From Eledone cirrhosa (Eukaryota): 64,000 nt of DNA. Below are positions 13,508 to 25,419 of the stretch, one piece after another. The notes beneath the pieces were generated by a model that saw nothing but the letters and a program-made list of their open reading frames with translations, was not told where the DNA came from and searched no databases. Where the stretch lies: assembly GCA_964016885.1 (NCBI GenBank), contig OZ024742.1, positions 244,900,001-244,964,000 on the forward strand, written 5' to 3'. Positions within the stretch are counted from its first letter, which is position 1; every line of letters starts with the position of its first letter. A program made the position numbers and the translations under genes.

Positions 13508-13655
13508 CACTAACCACCACACAAACATACACAAGCATACACACACTGACAAGCTGCCACCACCACACTGACAAGCATACACACACAAGCACACACAGAC
13601 ACGCGCACACGCATCCATCACCACACTGACAAGTACACACAGACTCACACACATA
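13040..13655. repeat. Complex (CA)n repeat with higher-order units
   Basis: cagatgcatggatgcacac...aaacacaaccccatcatatgtaagcac occurs three times within (CA)n. Confidence 0.9.
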
Positions 13656-16600
13656 GTATCAGCAGCACTAGAGTTATATATTTTGTTACTGCATAATGAG
13701 TACCAATAGCGTCAAGTCTTTGTAGTGTAAGTACATGTATGGCATCTATAACATTAGCACTCTGCTTTGTGAGTATATATAATATCAAAGACAGCAGAGC
13801 ATTCTATTGAGACTGCAAACATCTAATACTGTAGTACTTGTAGTGTATCATCAGAATTGAGTGGTGCAAAATTACCAAAATGTATTGTTATTTTTATAGA
13901 TATTCAATTTATTATAACATCTGACCACTGGCAGACAATGTGCAGATGCTTGCTTTGTAATCTAAAATCTGTTGTGTCGACAGTACAGATCAATATATTA
14001 GCATTTTGTTTGTATCAGAAAGATACTATTAAAGAGATGTACTGCTGCTTTCTTTACAAAATCTTCAATATTGTTTATTTGTTCAATTGATGCAGTGCAG
14101 GTTATTATCAAGCATGCATCATTACAGCTGTAGGTGATAATGAGGAAGATGAAATCACAAGTTTCCCAGTGGGAACTTGTTAAATATGTTGACAAATGAA
14201 TCACATAGCAACATGTGAGATGGAAGCACCGCCTCTGAACTTTAGATGTTCTTTAAAACAAAGAAATTTAAGGAAGAAAATTTTTTATTCCTCACTAAAT
14301 AGTTTATGCTTAAAATACTTCATTTGCTGTAGATAATTATCTATTGCGAGAAAATAAATTCACACAAAGCTAGTTTTATTTCTAACTTGGTGGTGGTGAC
14401 TTTAACAATTAAATAAAATGTTTGGCCCCCAAATCATGTTAAAACAGATTCAGTACTACCTGAATGTTTTTAGCAAAGGTAAATAAATGTAAAAGAATTA
14501 TAGTATGTGCAACTGAAAAATCATGAAGATATACTAGTCATACACAATAAATTTAAAAGTTTGAAAATTGACGTTTTTAAATTTTACACCTATCTTTGGA
14601 ATTAAATTATGAAATAATAATTATGTTGAATTGTGTTGGGGAAATAGTTGTTCCACAAGTTAAATGACTCATAAAATAAAATTTGTCCATTCTATATCAA
14701 ATTTCACTATTAATTTATCTGAGTTTATCCACTTAACATTCTGGCAAAGTTGAACAAATAAAATAAATTTAGATTTCATTTTGGTAAGGAGATTGAATTG
14801 AGAACATTCACTGGAGTTTATTGTTATAATTCTGAATGATAGGGTATTATTGGTACTTGCAAGCATGGAAAATAGATGGTATAGTTTTAGTTAAACTATA
14901 CACAAAATAACAATAAATGTTGACCTTTTTTTTTTTAACTGTTGTTTATTGAATGACAAACATTGACAAACATAAGAAAGAGCGATCTACCTCCAACGTT
15001 CAAGTCTTGTTACCTGCCTCACCAGAAGTTCTTTTCTCTGCTGACCAGTTCAGTAACACATCTGCAGTAAAGGTCCTTCATCATCAGTTCATCTTTTACG
15101 AGCTCACAGGCATTGCTCTACATAGCTTCCTCTCAGAACTGTTGTCATTGGAACTGATAGGGTGTTTTTACCCCCTAACCTGTGCATGTAGTTAATTGGC
15201 TCTTTGGTGACTGTTTGTCATCAGGGTTGTGATTTGCTTAGAACAACCTTTGTTTGGTGGTTGACTAACAAATGGGACTATCAGTGTCAAGGTGTGATCG
15301 TTTCAATCTATCAATGGAAACCATGTCCTGTTGTCCTCTAATCAGGAGTTGAAATGACTTGTCTCCTGGATGGGTGATTGAAGGGGTTTTTGCTGCATTT
15401 TGTGTAAAATAAAAACAGACTTCACCTTGTGCAGTCATTTGGTACAGAGGACCTAGATGTACCATGCATTGAGATGGGAATTGGGCATAACTGGTCCACA
15501 GTGTTTCTCAGTTGTTTAAGATACTTTTTGGCATCTGGGTCTGATTTCATGTTTGGAATGAATTCCCCTGGTACAGTAGAGAACCATATACCATTTCCAC
15601 AAAAGTGTTGAGGTCTTCCTTTGGGGTAGTGGGGATTCCCAACATCACCCTTAGAAGTTGGTTGATCCAGTTGGGCCCATTAAGTCTGGTTATGAGGGAT
15701 TTCTTCAAATAGCAATGAAATATATCCACTAAGCCATTGGCCTGGAGGGTGATGGGCTGGTGTGTGTTTCATGTTGATGCTCAAAAGCTCACACGTCATT
15801 CCACAGCTTCGAGGTGAATGAGGTCTGTAGTTGGATGAGATGCTGTCTGGGACACAGAAACAGGTGACTTTCTTTGTAACAAAGGCACAGGTGATTTTCT
15901 GTGTCCTTGTGCTGTGGAGAGGTCAATGAGAAAAGCAGTCCACCATGGTCAATAGGTTTGAGCAACCAAGCAAAGCCTACAAAGTCAATGTTGACATAGC
16001 CAAAATGGGCCTGTTGGAGTTCATAGCTGCTGAGAGGTGCATTGGTATACTGATGGATTTTGGCATGTTGGCAGGGGATGGATACAGGTTTTGGTTCATG
16101 GTCCAATTTGCTTGGCCTTACTATACCAAACAAATTTGCGTGACATCAGGTGCTGTGAGGCTCTGGTACCCAGATGGGAGAATCCATGAATCATGTCAAA
16201 AATTTTTCAGCATAAGGCTATTGGAACAATTGGTTGTGGTTTCTCGTCGGATATATCGCAAAGGAGGGTTGTTCCGTTGGAGCCAAAATGTATATCATGT
16301 AAGGAAAGGGAAGTGACAGAAGTGCAGTAGGCCCTGATGTCATAATCTGTTTGTTGAGTAACTTCATAGTCGAGACCTTCCATTATGAAGGCTTGTAGGT
16401 GTCAGTCAACTGGGACTCCAGAGAGAGCATTAGCAACTGCGTTGCTTTTTCCAGATATGTGCTGAATGACTGCAGTGTATACAGAAATGACTGATAACTT
16501 ATGCTAATGTACAGACTTTGGCTCCAGTAACTTGTTCATAGCAAAAGTGAGTAGTTTGTGATCTGTGAACATCATGAAGCTTCGACCTTCCAAAAAATAG

Positions 16601-16719
16601 TGAGTGTCAGACACCTAAATGAGTATCTAGCTGTTCCCTGTCAAAAGCCCTATATTTCTGTTCAGCTGGTTGTAGTTGTCAACTGAAGAAAGCTAGACGT
16701 TCCCACTGACCATTGATGT

Positions 16720-17290
16720 CGCCATCATCATCATCACCGTTTTACGTCCATTCTTCCATGCTAGCATGGATTGTCCTATTGTGGGCAGTGCAAGCTTGGG
16801 TGACCATCTCTTGCTCATATGGGAACTGATTTTAGCTGGATGCCCTTCCTAACACCAACCTCATTTACAGTGAGTGGTGGGTGCTTTTTTACCATGGAGC
16901 CTACATGACCACATTACAGTGTGGACTGGGTGCTTTTTTGTTGTGACACCTCCACGACCACTTTGCAGTGGGAGGGGGTGGGGACATATTGTCTATAGGC
17001 TTCAGCTTCGGCTTGTACCTGTGGGAAGTCAGGTCTTCTCTATTACTGCTTGACACTAGAGGTCACGGTCCTGTGTCATCGCCTTTGAGAGGTGCAATTG
17101 GGCAAGGTCGGCTTTTATCATCTCATCCTAGGTCTTCTTGGGTCTCCCCACTCCAAGACATCCATCGACTTTTAGTGCTCTGCACCTTTTTATGCAGCTG
17201 TCATCCTTCATAAGCATCACATGTCCATACCAATGCAACCTCCTCTCCTGCACACATTTGATTCCTCTTATGCTCAGTCTCTCTCTCAAT
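16720..17290 (-). mobile_element. RTE 3' fragment plus RTE-related SINE-like segment nested in the Gypsy RNase H region
   Basis: Minus-strand ERRLHWYGHV..GVGRPKKT, taggaagggcatcc motif and (GAT)n tail interrupt the Gypsy frame VLEQYIN|GQWERLAFFS. Confidence 0.8.
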
Positions 17291-19292
17291 TCGTTTATGT
17301 ATTGTTCCAAAACACCTGTGATGACTATATCAGAGGTATCCACTGTGTGTGCAGTTGATGCTGACATATAAGGATCGAAAAGCATGCTTGCTTTAGCAAG
17401 AGCTTCTATTGTGGATTCGAAGGCTGAGGTCACTGCACTCTCCCACTCAACCTGTTTTTTAGAACTTTTTTCCTGAGAGCACTTTGAACAGTGGTCTCAT
17501 CAATTTTGCTGCAGATTGGTGGAAAGCTTTGCTTGTGGTGGTGTGTGGAATGGATAAGATGGCTTTCACGTTTTCTATTAGGAGTGGAGCAACAGTATCT
17601 GTAATTTGATGCCAAGAAAATCGATTTCTTTAACACCAAAGACACACTTGGCAGGGTTGACTACCAAACGATATTGTTCAAACCTTATCAAAAAGGGTCA
17701 CCAGGTGCATCTTGTGTAGTTCCACATTTTGACTTGCAATAAGGATATCATCTAGATATAAAAAAACAGTCTTTGACCCATGTACATGGTGTCCGTCAAA
17801 CATTGAAAAGATTGGGCTGCATTTTTAGACTGAAAGGTGTATGTAGAAATTCATAATCTGAGTGATAACCTTTGATGAGGTTGGTTTTTTTTTTTTAAAT
17901 TTATTTATTTATTTTTATTTTTTTTATTTATATTTTTTTTTTTGGGGGGGGGGGGGGGGAGCACCAAGCTAACTGAGCTGAGAAGTATTGTATATACAGA
18001 ATGAGGGAGTAGTCGGGTGTAGTCGCATGTTGAGATGGTGATAAACCCTGCAAGGTTGCCAACCTTCGTTGGGTTTTGGTTTACATGTAGAGGTGATGAC
18101 CAGGGACTGTTTGATCCACAAACAATACCCAAAGCTTCCATATTGTCAAACTTGGTTCTCGTTATGCCAAATTTGTCTGGTGGTAGACGACGCGTGTGGC
18201 TATGTATTGGAGAGCCGGTGGTTGGAATGTGATGTTTTACTCCGTGGTGGGTTTGGGGCAAGTCAGAATAGTGAGATTCAGGCAGTTCAAAGGGAGGTTC
18301 AAGAACTCATTTCTGGTTTGAGAGACAGCTACTATATAAGGAGTCACATGTGTAAATGTTGCCAGAGAAACAGAGGCATACGTGTTGCTGTTGAGTTGTC
18401 TCCCCTGAAGATCGACCAGCAGTGAATGGGCCCGAAGGAAGTCTGCTCCAATGATAGGCTGATGGAAGGGTAAGAATGCAGCCTATGTGAAGGGTAAGAA
18501 TGCAGTGTCCATACATCTTGATTGTAGAACCATTGGTGGCTGCCAAAAGTTGACCTTGTTCTCCATAACAGAAGGTCATTGCGGATGTTGGTATGACACT
18601 GACTTATGCTCCTGTGTTAATTAGGAGATCCGATTGTGGACATACAGGAACAGTTGACTGTGTTTGCTGGCCACCAGAGTGTTTAACAGTGGCTGGCTCT
18701 GGAGTTTGCCGGAGCCAATGATGAAGAGCTCTTGAAGCTGCATGGTTATTTACACCTGGTAGCTCTTACTCTGAACTTCTTATGATAGAAACACAAATCA
18801 TCCTGTGTAACCTCACCATACCTTGGGCCGATCTCACAGCATTGATTGTAACCTCTGTAGATAAAAATAAAATTGTCTGCTGCTCTCGCTAACTCCTGTA
18901 ATACCTTGATCTCAATCTGAGTTATGGGGGATTGGATTAGGGGGCAATTTACGGAGGAATATCTCCCTAAATAAAAAAAAAACCTGATGATTCACCAGCA
19001 TTCTGTCCGTTACTTTTGAAGGCTTGAATCACCGAATCCATCCAGTATTCTGTCTACCATTTCCCAGCCACTCAGCTGGAATGTTTCTATGAGTATCTTT
19101 AATAGCTTCATATTTATAAACAGCTGGTGGTCTGATTAGGATGTCTAGAACTCTTGTGGCTGTCTTCATCCATGGCTGCTGGAACTTACAAATATTTTGT
19201 CAGATCCGATGTGATAATCTTGATAGTGAACTGTGCCTTGGCTTATGCAAACCATACCTTGCCTCACTTTAGCTAGAACTGTGTGAGCTTAA

Positions 19293-19725
19293 CCCTTCAG
19301 CATTCACATTACTCTATATATACTATTATATTTTCATGGTAAAGGCTTTACCTTGCATAATTATCTCACATAATATGGAATCTATGAGGTTTTGAAAGTA
19401 TATATTTTGAGAACAATACCTTAACATCAGTTTGAGTGACCAGTTACAGCCAGTTTCAACAGAAAAAGGTAGAGAATTCTGGCCGGTTTTGGCCGGTTTG
19501 AACATTAAAGGGTTAAACCAGTTGTACCGTGCTAGAATTCTCTCACCTCTGTCTGTTCAAACTGGCTGTAACTGGCCACTCATACTGACATTACGGTATT
19601 GTTCTCAAAATAAATAATATCAAAATCTCATAGATTTAATATTATGTGAGATAATTATGTAAGGTAAAGCCTTTACTGTAAAAATACAATTGTATATGTC
19701 AGAGAGTAATGTAAATGTTAAAGGG
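19293..19725. mobile_element. Inverted dimer of piggyBac-type MITE inserted in Gypsy gag
   Basis: TTAA TSD at 19289-92 and 19726-29; internal AAGGGTTAA ends at 19516; the second half is the reverse complement of the first. Confidence 0.85.
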
Positions 19726-20859
19726 TTAAGTGTGATGGCATACTCACTTGTCGTGATTATATGTTTTGTTTATTCTTTCTTTTCGGGGTCAGCATTTATA
19801 GCTTTAGTTAAGCTATACACTAAATAACAACAAACGGTGATTTGTTAGACTGTTATTTATTGTATGGCAAACATTGACAAATGTAAGAAAGAGCAATCTA
19901 CCTCTAACATTCAGGTCTTGTTACCCACCTCACCAGAAGTGCTTTTCTCTGCTGACAAATTCAGTAACACATCTACAGTAAAGGTCCTTCATTAACAGTT
20001 CATCTTTTATGAGCGCGTGGGCAATGCTCTACAATGGAAAACAGTGGTTATGATGATAATGAATATGATAATGATGATGATTTCACAATTAAAGTTGTTT
20101 ACTTGTATTTAAATTTTTTTATAGTTTATTTTTATATTTAGAAATAATGTCTAAGACACCATGTGATTAGAGCCTGTTATAAGAAGTAGGTCAAACTACC
20201 TGTTGTAGGAGACAAAAGATCCAAAGCTTGTTGTTTACATGTATGTTAAGAAATAAGTTTAATTTAAACAAATAAGGTCAGAACTAGCTGTTTAGGCCTC
20301 AGCAAAGGTGTGCTAATTTATTGAAATAAAGTACAGGAACAAGCTGAAAGTTTATTGTAAGAATATGTTTTTTTGTAAAGAGAATCAGTTGTTTTTTAGA
20401 GTTGAAACGCAATTCAACATTTTATATATATTTTTTCTTACTGGTTTTTGTAAGACACTTCCTTCAAGGTTTTTTTTTTTTACTCAATCATGTTAACCAC
20501 ACTACTTATTTCAGTTTAATACTTATTTTATTGGTGTTTTAGTCAAATAATTAAGTTACTTTTAGCAGTAAACACACACATCCTACAGGCTTTCATAGTT
20601 TCCATTTATCAAAATCCACTCACAAAGTATTGGTTAGTTAAAAGCTATAAACCCAAAACCATGTATTTGTAGAGAAAACTTCTTGACCACATTCCTATGA
20701 CTAGTTAATGCTTCAAGTGTTAGTACTTGTATAGTTAAGAATATGATTACATCAGGTCAATAGCAGTTTCTAGTTTAGTTGAGAGTTGAGACCTTATTGA
20801 ATACAATCTGTATCGCCTGAAATGCTTTAGAAATTATTTGATTTCTGTTTTGAGGTGTG

Positions 20860-21078
20860 AACCATAGTAGTGAGATTGCTGTACCAGGATTGTGGCCTCT
20901 GGTAGACAAGGATGGGGGTGCCCATGTAAGACTTGGGCAGAGGTAATCAGGGAGGATCTGAAAGTCAGGAACCTGGACCCAAACCTTTCCCTAGAATGAA
21001 CACTCTGGAGAGATGCTTTGAAAGATGCTACCAAACTGTCCAATGCTTGTGACAAGTAAAGAAGACATTGATGATGTG
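20860..21078 (+). mobile_element. RTE LINE 3' fragment
   Basis: GR.G.G.P.KTWAEVIREDL-like remnant followed by a (GAT)n tail. Confidence 0.7.
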
Positions 21079-22377
21079 TCTCATTGAGGGCTTTTGGAGA
21101 TCATACCATTTATTGGAGTTTAAAACCAACAAAACTAATTAGATGAATAAATAATGCAAAGAGTACATTGCCATGTCTTAGTTTGTTTAGAATGAAGGTC
21201 ACTTGTTCTAATTTTTCTGTAATGTTGTATAACAGCAAGCAAACTAGAGTCAACTTTTGTAGCATTAAATGTTATCGTGCAGTGTCTGAGTCAGAACTAG
21301 GTTACTTTATGCTGTTTGGAGTGTATAGATGGGCTTGGTGCCAAATAAGTTCAAGTAAACTTATTTCATTCCTGCTAGTATAGAAAAACAAATACACATA
21401 AATATGATGTTTGAGGATAGTAATTGGAGTGGGGATCAATGATCAATAGCAGCAAGTCTATTTTGATTGGTGACATTCAGACCAACTATTTAACTAGAAC
21501 TGTACACAAAAGGATCTTCTTGAGCTGCAGCTATGTAGACAACAGTTAAACTAGTAATGTACTTTCAGAGACTAAATTAGATTGGTTTCTTTATGTTTAA
21601 GGTTAATAAGGAATCCTATATTTTACTACTAATATACTATGGAAGGGAGACAAAAATATCAATAATGTATTATTCAATTTTTTGTTTCTTAAATAAGAAT
21701 TTTAGTTTGTCTGCATTTTGTTTTCATGATAGTTCAGTATTCCTAAAATACACTTGTGTGTATGTGTGTTTAAATAAAGACATATTTGTTTTCATTGCAG
21801 TTAGAAAATTCCACAGAGGATTAAGCACAAATATTACAGAGTTATGTTACAGGAGATGTTGTTACACAATATCGTTATGAGTAGATAGTTTGTATCTATG
21901 AAAATATTAAAGTAGCTTTCTTATAATATTATATAGGTCTGTAGCTAGAAGCTAGGATCTTTGATCTCATTGTAAAACTTTAAGATAGTTGACTTTCTGA
22001 AATATTAATCTCTATCATGTGATATTTATTATAACAAATAAAACAGGAACATCTAAAGAAGTGGTTTATGTGTTGGTAGAAATCAGTTCATTAAGATTTG
22101 TGAGTTGTGAGAAGAGAATTCCAAGCACCGGTATTGTTTTCTGCAATGATTACTGTATGAAGGAGCCTCTTGCAGTTACACTCAGGATGTGTCAGTGGTC
22201 ATCAGATGTGCATAATAATTACTTTATTTTTATGCTTATTTTCATAATTTAATGTATAAGTAAATCTAGTCGTTGTTGGTCTTTAGCTCAACTCTCATCA
22301 CGTAGACCCACCATCAAAGGACATTTAAGCTGTGATCTTTTTGGAGTATCGTTATCTATAAAAGGCAGATTGTTGTT

Positions 22378-22452
<75 letters not shown>

Positions 22453-22959
22453 ATATTCCATGTTTATACATTTGCACAATTTCAAACCGATTCGACTCAA
22501 AGTCTGTAAGAATGTTGTAAATGGTCTAACTTAGGTCAACGACTATTTCTTTCTTTCAAACTCGCACACAATTACGGAAATAATCGATAAAACTAAATAC
22601 ATGACGCTTTATCCCTCTAATACAATCTAATTTCCTCACTCTACTCCCCTTAAAATTCGATAAAACTACATACATGCTGCAACTTTCTCTTATATACGTT
22701 TAAACTTACAAACTTCCTTAAGGAACGTCGAAGAAAGAAGAGAGAAAGAAATGGAGAGAGAGAGAACAGAGTGAGAGAGAGAGAGAGAACGTTTGTTTTT
22801 GAGTGTGGAACGGTTAAACATTTATTTACTTCAATGACAACAATTATTCAAGAGCAACAGATAAATTTATTCAACAACAAAAAAAAATAGCGATAAATCT
22901 TTTTTAAAACATCTCTCAAGGAACGTGGCAGAAAGAAGTATCAGTTTATTTACTATACA

Positions 22960-23148
22960 CAATAATTGTTTCTACTTTTGGCACAAGGCCAGCAATTACC
23001 CAGTGCATTACTGGTACTTTATTTTATCGACCCCGTAAGGATGAAAGGCAAAGTTAACCTCAGCGGGATTTGAACTCAGAATGGCAAGGGCCGTAACTCT
23101 ATGCGTCGAAGCATGGCGTCCGACCTTCTACCGATACTGCCAATCCAC
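22960..23148 (-). mobile_element. Major tRNA-SINE copy
   Basis: Near-identical to 1416-1603. Confidence 0.85.
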
Positions 23149-24019
23149 ATGAGGTCACTAAACCTGCTAGAAACAGCAGCTAACTCTCCCCCATATCACA
23201 CCCTCCCTACTGTCTTCAATTTAGAAAACACACATTAGACAACCATGCAGAACAAGTCCATCGCAGCTCTGTTGTTTGGCTGGCATCGTCTATGCGCGTG
23301 TTGTGCAAGTACTGTGAAACAATAAATTTCAACACTTCTTTGCACAGAGATAATATCCATAGGCGAAACTACAATTGTCACTGCTGGCGCAGCTCCTGCT
23401 TCGGCAGTCCAGGTCTGCAATTCATTCACGCAGTGCCTGGCAGACAAAAAAGTGCTGCCATAAAATGGGTGGTGCAACCTAACTTTGGTAACTTACTGAC
23501 CCCCGAGCAATGCCAGGCTTTAATGCTAGTTTAGGATAAAATTAACTAATGTGTCATTCTTTTTTTTTTTTTTTTTTTGATAATAGAGTGTGATTTGTAG
23601 TAGATATGTAATAAGACTTCTTAGTAGAATAAATGGAGTGTGATTTGAAGGAAATTTGGTTGCTATCTTTAGTAAAGCTTGTTTCTTTTTATACAATAGG
23701 TTTCTTATGAGAATAAATCATAATTACATGTCATAATTGAAGTGTGTTGCATTGCTATAGAAATGTTTATGTCCTTATTGCAATATCATTTTAAGGACAC
23801 TTCTATGTTGAAATACAGAAATTGTGTTGCGTCTTCATTGAAAAATGTTGTTAATGTAGGTATCTGAAATTGGAGGAAAATTACTATTCTGTAACATTTT
23901 CAAAATATTTAATTGTGGAGCACTGGAATGATTTAAAGAAGGAATTATTAAACAAAATGATTAAAAAAAGGTAACTACTGCATTGTATGTGTGTAAATTA
24001 AGGTACTACTGATAATGAA

Positions 24020-24330
24020 GGTGCATGGCTTAATGGTTAGAGCATTGGGCTTGTAATTGAGAAGTTGTGAGTTTGATTCTCGGACCAGGTGATGCATTGT
24101 GTCCTTGAGCAAGACACTTTATTTCACATTGCTCCAGTTTATTTAGCTGTAGAAATGAGTTGCAACATCACTGGTGCTGAGCTGTATCGGTCATAGCCTT
24201 TCCCATGGAGAGGGGAGACTGGTATCCATGGGCGACCTTGGTCTTCCTCAAACAAACCTTGCCCAAGCTTGTGCTTCAGAGGAAAACTTTATAGGTGCAA
24301 AACCATGATCATTCATATCTGATGGGGACC
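24020..24330 (+). mobile_element. tRNA-derived CORE-type SINE
   Basis: A box tggcttaatgg, B box gagtttgattc and CORE-like ccttgagcaagacactttatttcac. Homologous to 58259-58600. Confidence 0.8.
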
Positions 24331-24714
24331 AGAAAGAAAACTACTGATATGTAATTTGTGTTAGAGTGAGTAAAGTATGCATTGTAAAGGAAAGTAACTA
24401 CTACACTATAGTGGTGTGTTCATCTTTATATATATAACATTTTATCTGTCTGCCTTTTCCTTATACACTCTCAAATGGCTTGACCAAATCAAATCAAATT
24501 TTACAAGGTTTTTTTATTTTCATTTGGATTAAAACAATATAACATTTTATCTAAAATATTCTACTATAGTCAACTATAATAAACGGACATTTTATAACAC
24601 TATGACAACGATGTCGTCACATTTTGCATCTGTGTGTGTGTGTGTTTGCACGTTCGTGACATACGTTAAGCCTTAGTAAGTTAAATACACATACATATAC
24701 ATATGTGTATACAG

Positions 24715-24900
24715 CCGTGTAGGTAACACGGTAAAAACCTCCCAGTTTCACACTGTAAATGTGGTTGGTGTTAGGAAGGGCATCCACCCGTAGAAAACCC
24801 ACCGAGCAAGACAACCACTCTTGCCTCAAGTAGGAAAACACCCGTCCAAACCCATGCAAGCGTGGAATATGGACGTTAAACGATGATGATGATGTGATGA
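24715..24900 (+). mobile_element. RTE-related short element (same family as 110-364)
   Basis: Direct sequence match including the (GAT)n tail. Confidence 0.8.
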
Positions 24901-25329
24901 CTGACAAGTATATATGTGTGAGTGTATGAGGTTGAATTTAAGAGGCTTCAGTTACCAGTCAAACTAAGTTTTGTCGATAAAATAAAGTACCAGTAATGTA
25001 CTGGATAATTGCTGGCCTTGTGCCAAAAGTAGAAACAATTATTTCAATTAACACATCTGACAGTCAATCCCTCAAGGTAGTTGGACTTGATCTCTCTACC
25101 ACATGTTTCTCCTAAGGTCAACTTTATGTTGGCTGCTCATGAGTTGGAAGCAGCAACAATTTATTCATTTGGACACCAACAAAAAATCACATGATGAATA
25201 TTGTTTACCCTGAGGTGCTTCAAGATTGACAGATTTTCATTTCTAGATTCTATTATCATTACAATTTTTTTTAATAAAATGTAGATATTTTGAAATAATT
25301 ATGAGAAAAAATATATATCTCCATATTTA

Positions 25330-25388
25330 TTGTTTAGTAATCTGAATAAGAACAGAGTAACCTGGACAACGCCAGGTCATTAAGCTAG
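25330..25388 (+). mobile_element. Helitron-like 3' terminus
   Basis: Hairpin acctgg-acaacg-ccaggt (25360-77) 7 nt upstream of CTAG|T. Confidence 0.55.
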
Positions 25389-25419
25389 TATCTTATATAT
25401 ATTTAAAGTATATTGCAAA

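Larger units (their letters stand above)
14880..20033 (-). mobile_element. Full-length decayed Ty3/Gypsy LTR retrotransposon, CsRn1-like
   Basis: Direct LTRs at 14880-15122 and 19797-20033; ATGG TSD (14876-79 / 20034-37). PBS TGCTGACCCCGA (19783-94) complements the tRNA-Trp 3' end; purine tract next to the left LTR. Remnants of gag (LKLTQF..VWFA.AKAQF), protease (LLAATNGSTI), RT (HHIPTTGSPI..SPWSSPLH), RNase H and integrase (HFGYVNIDFVG; DMVSIDRLK). Confidence 0.9.
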
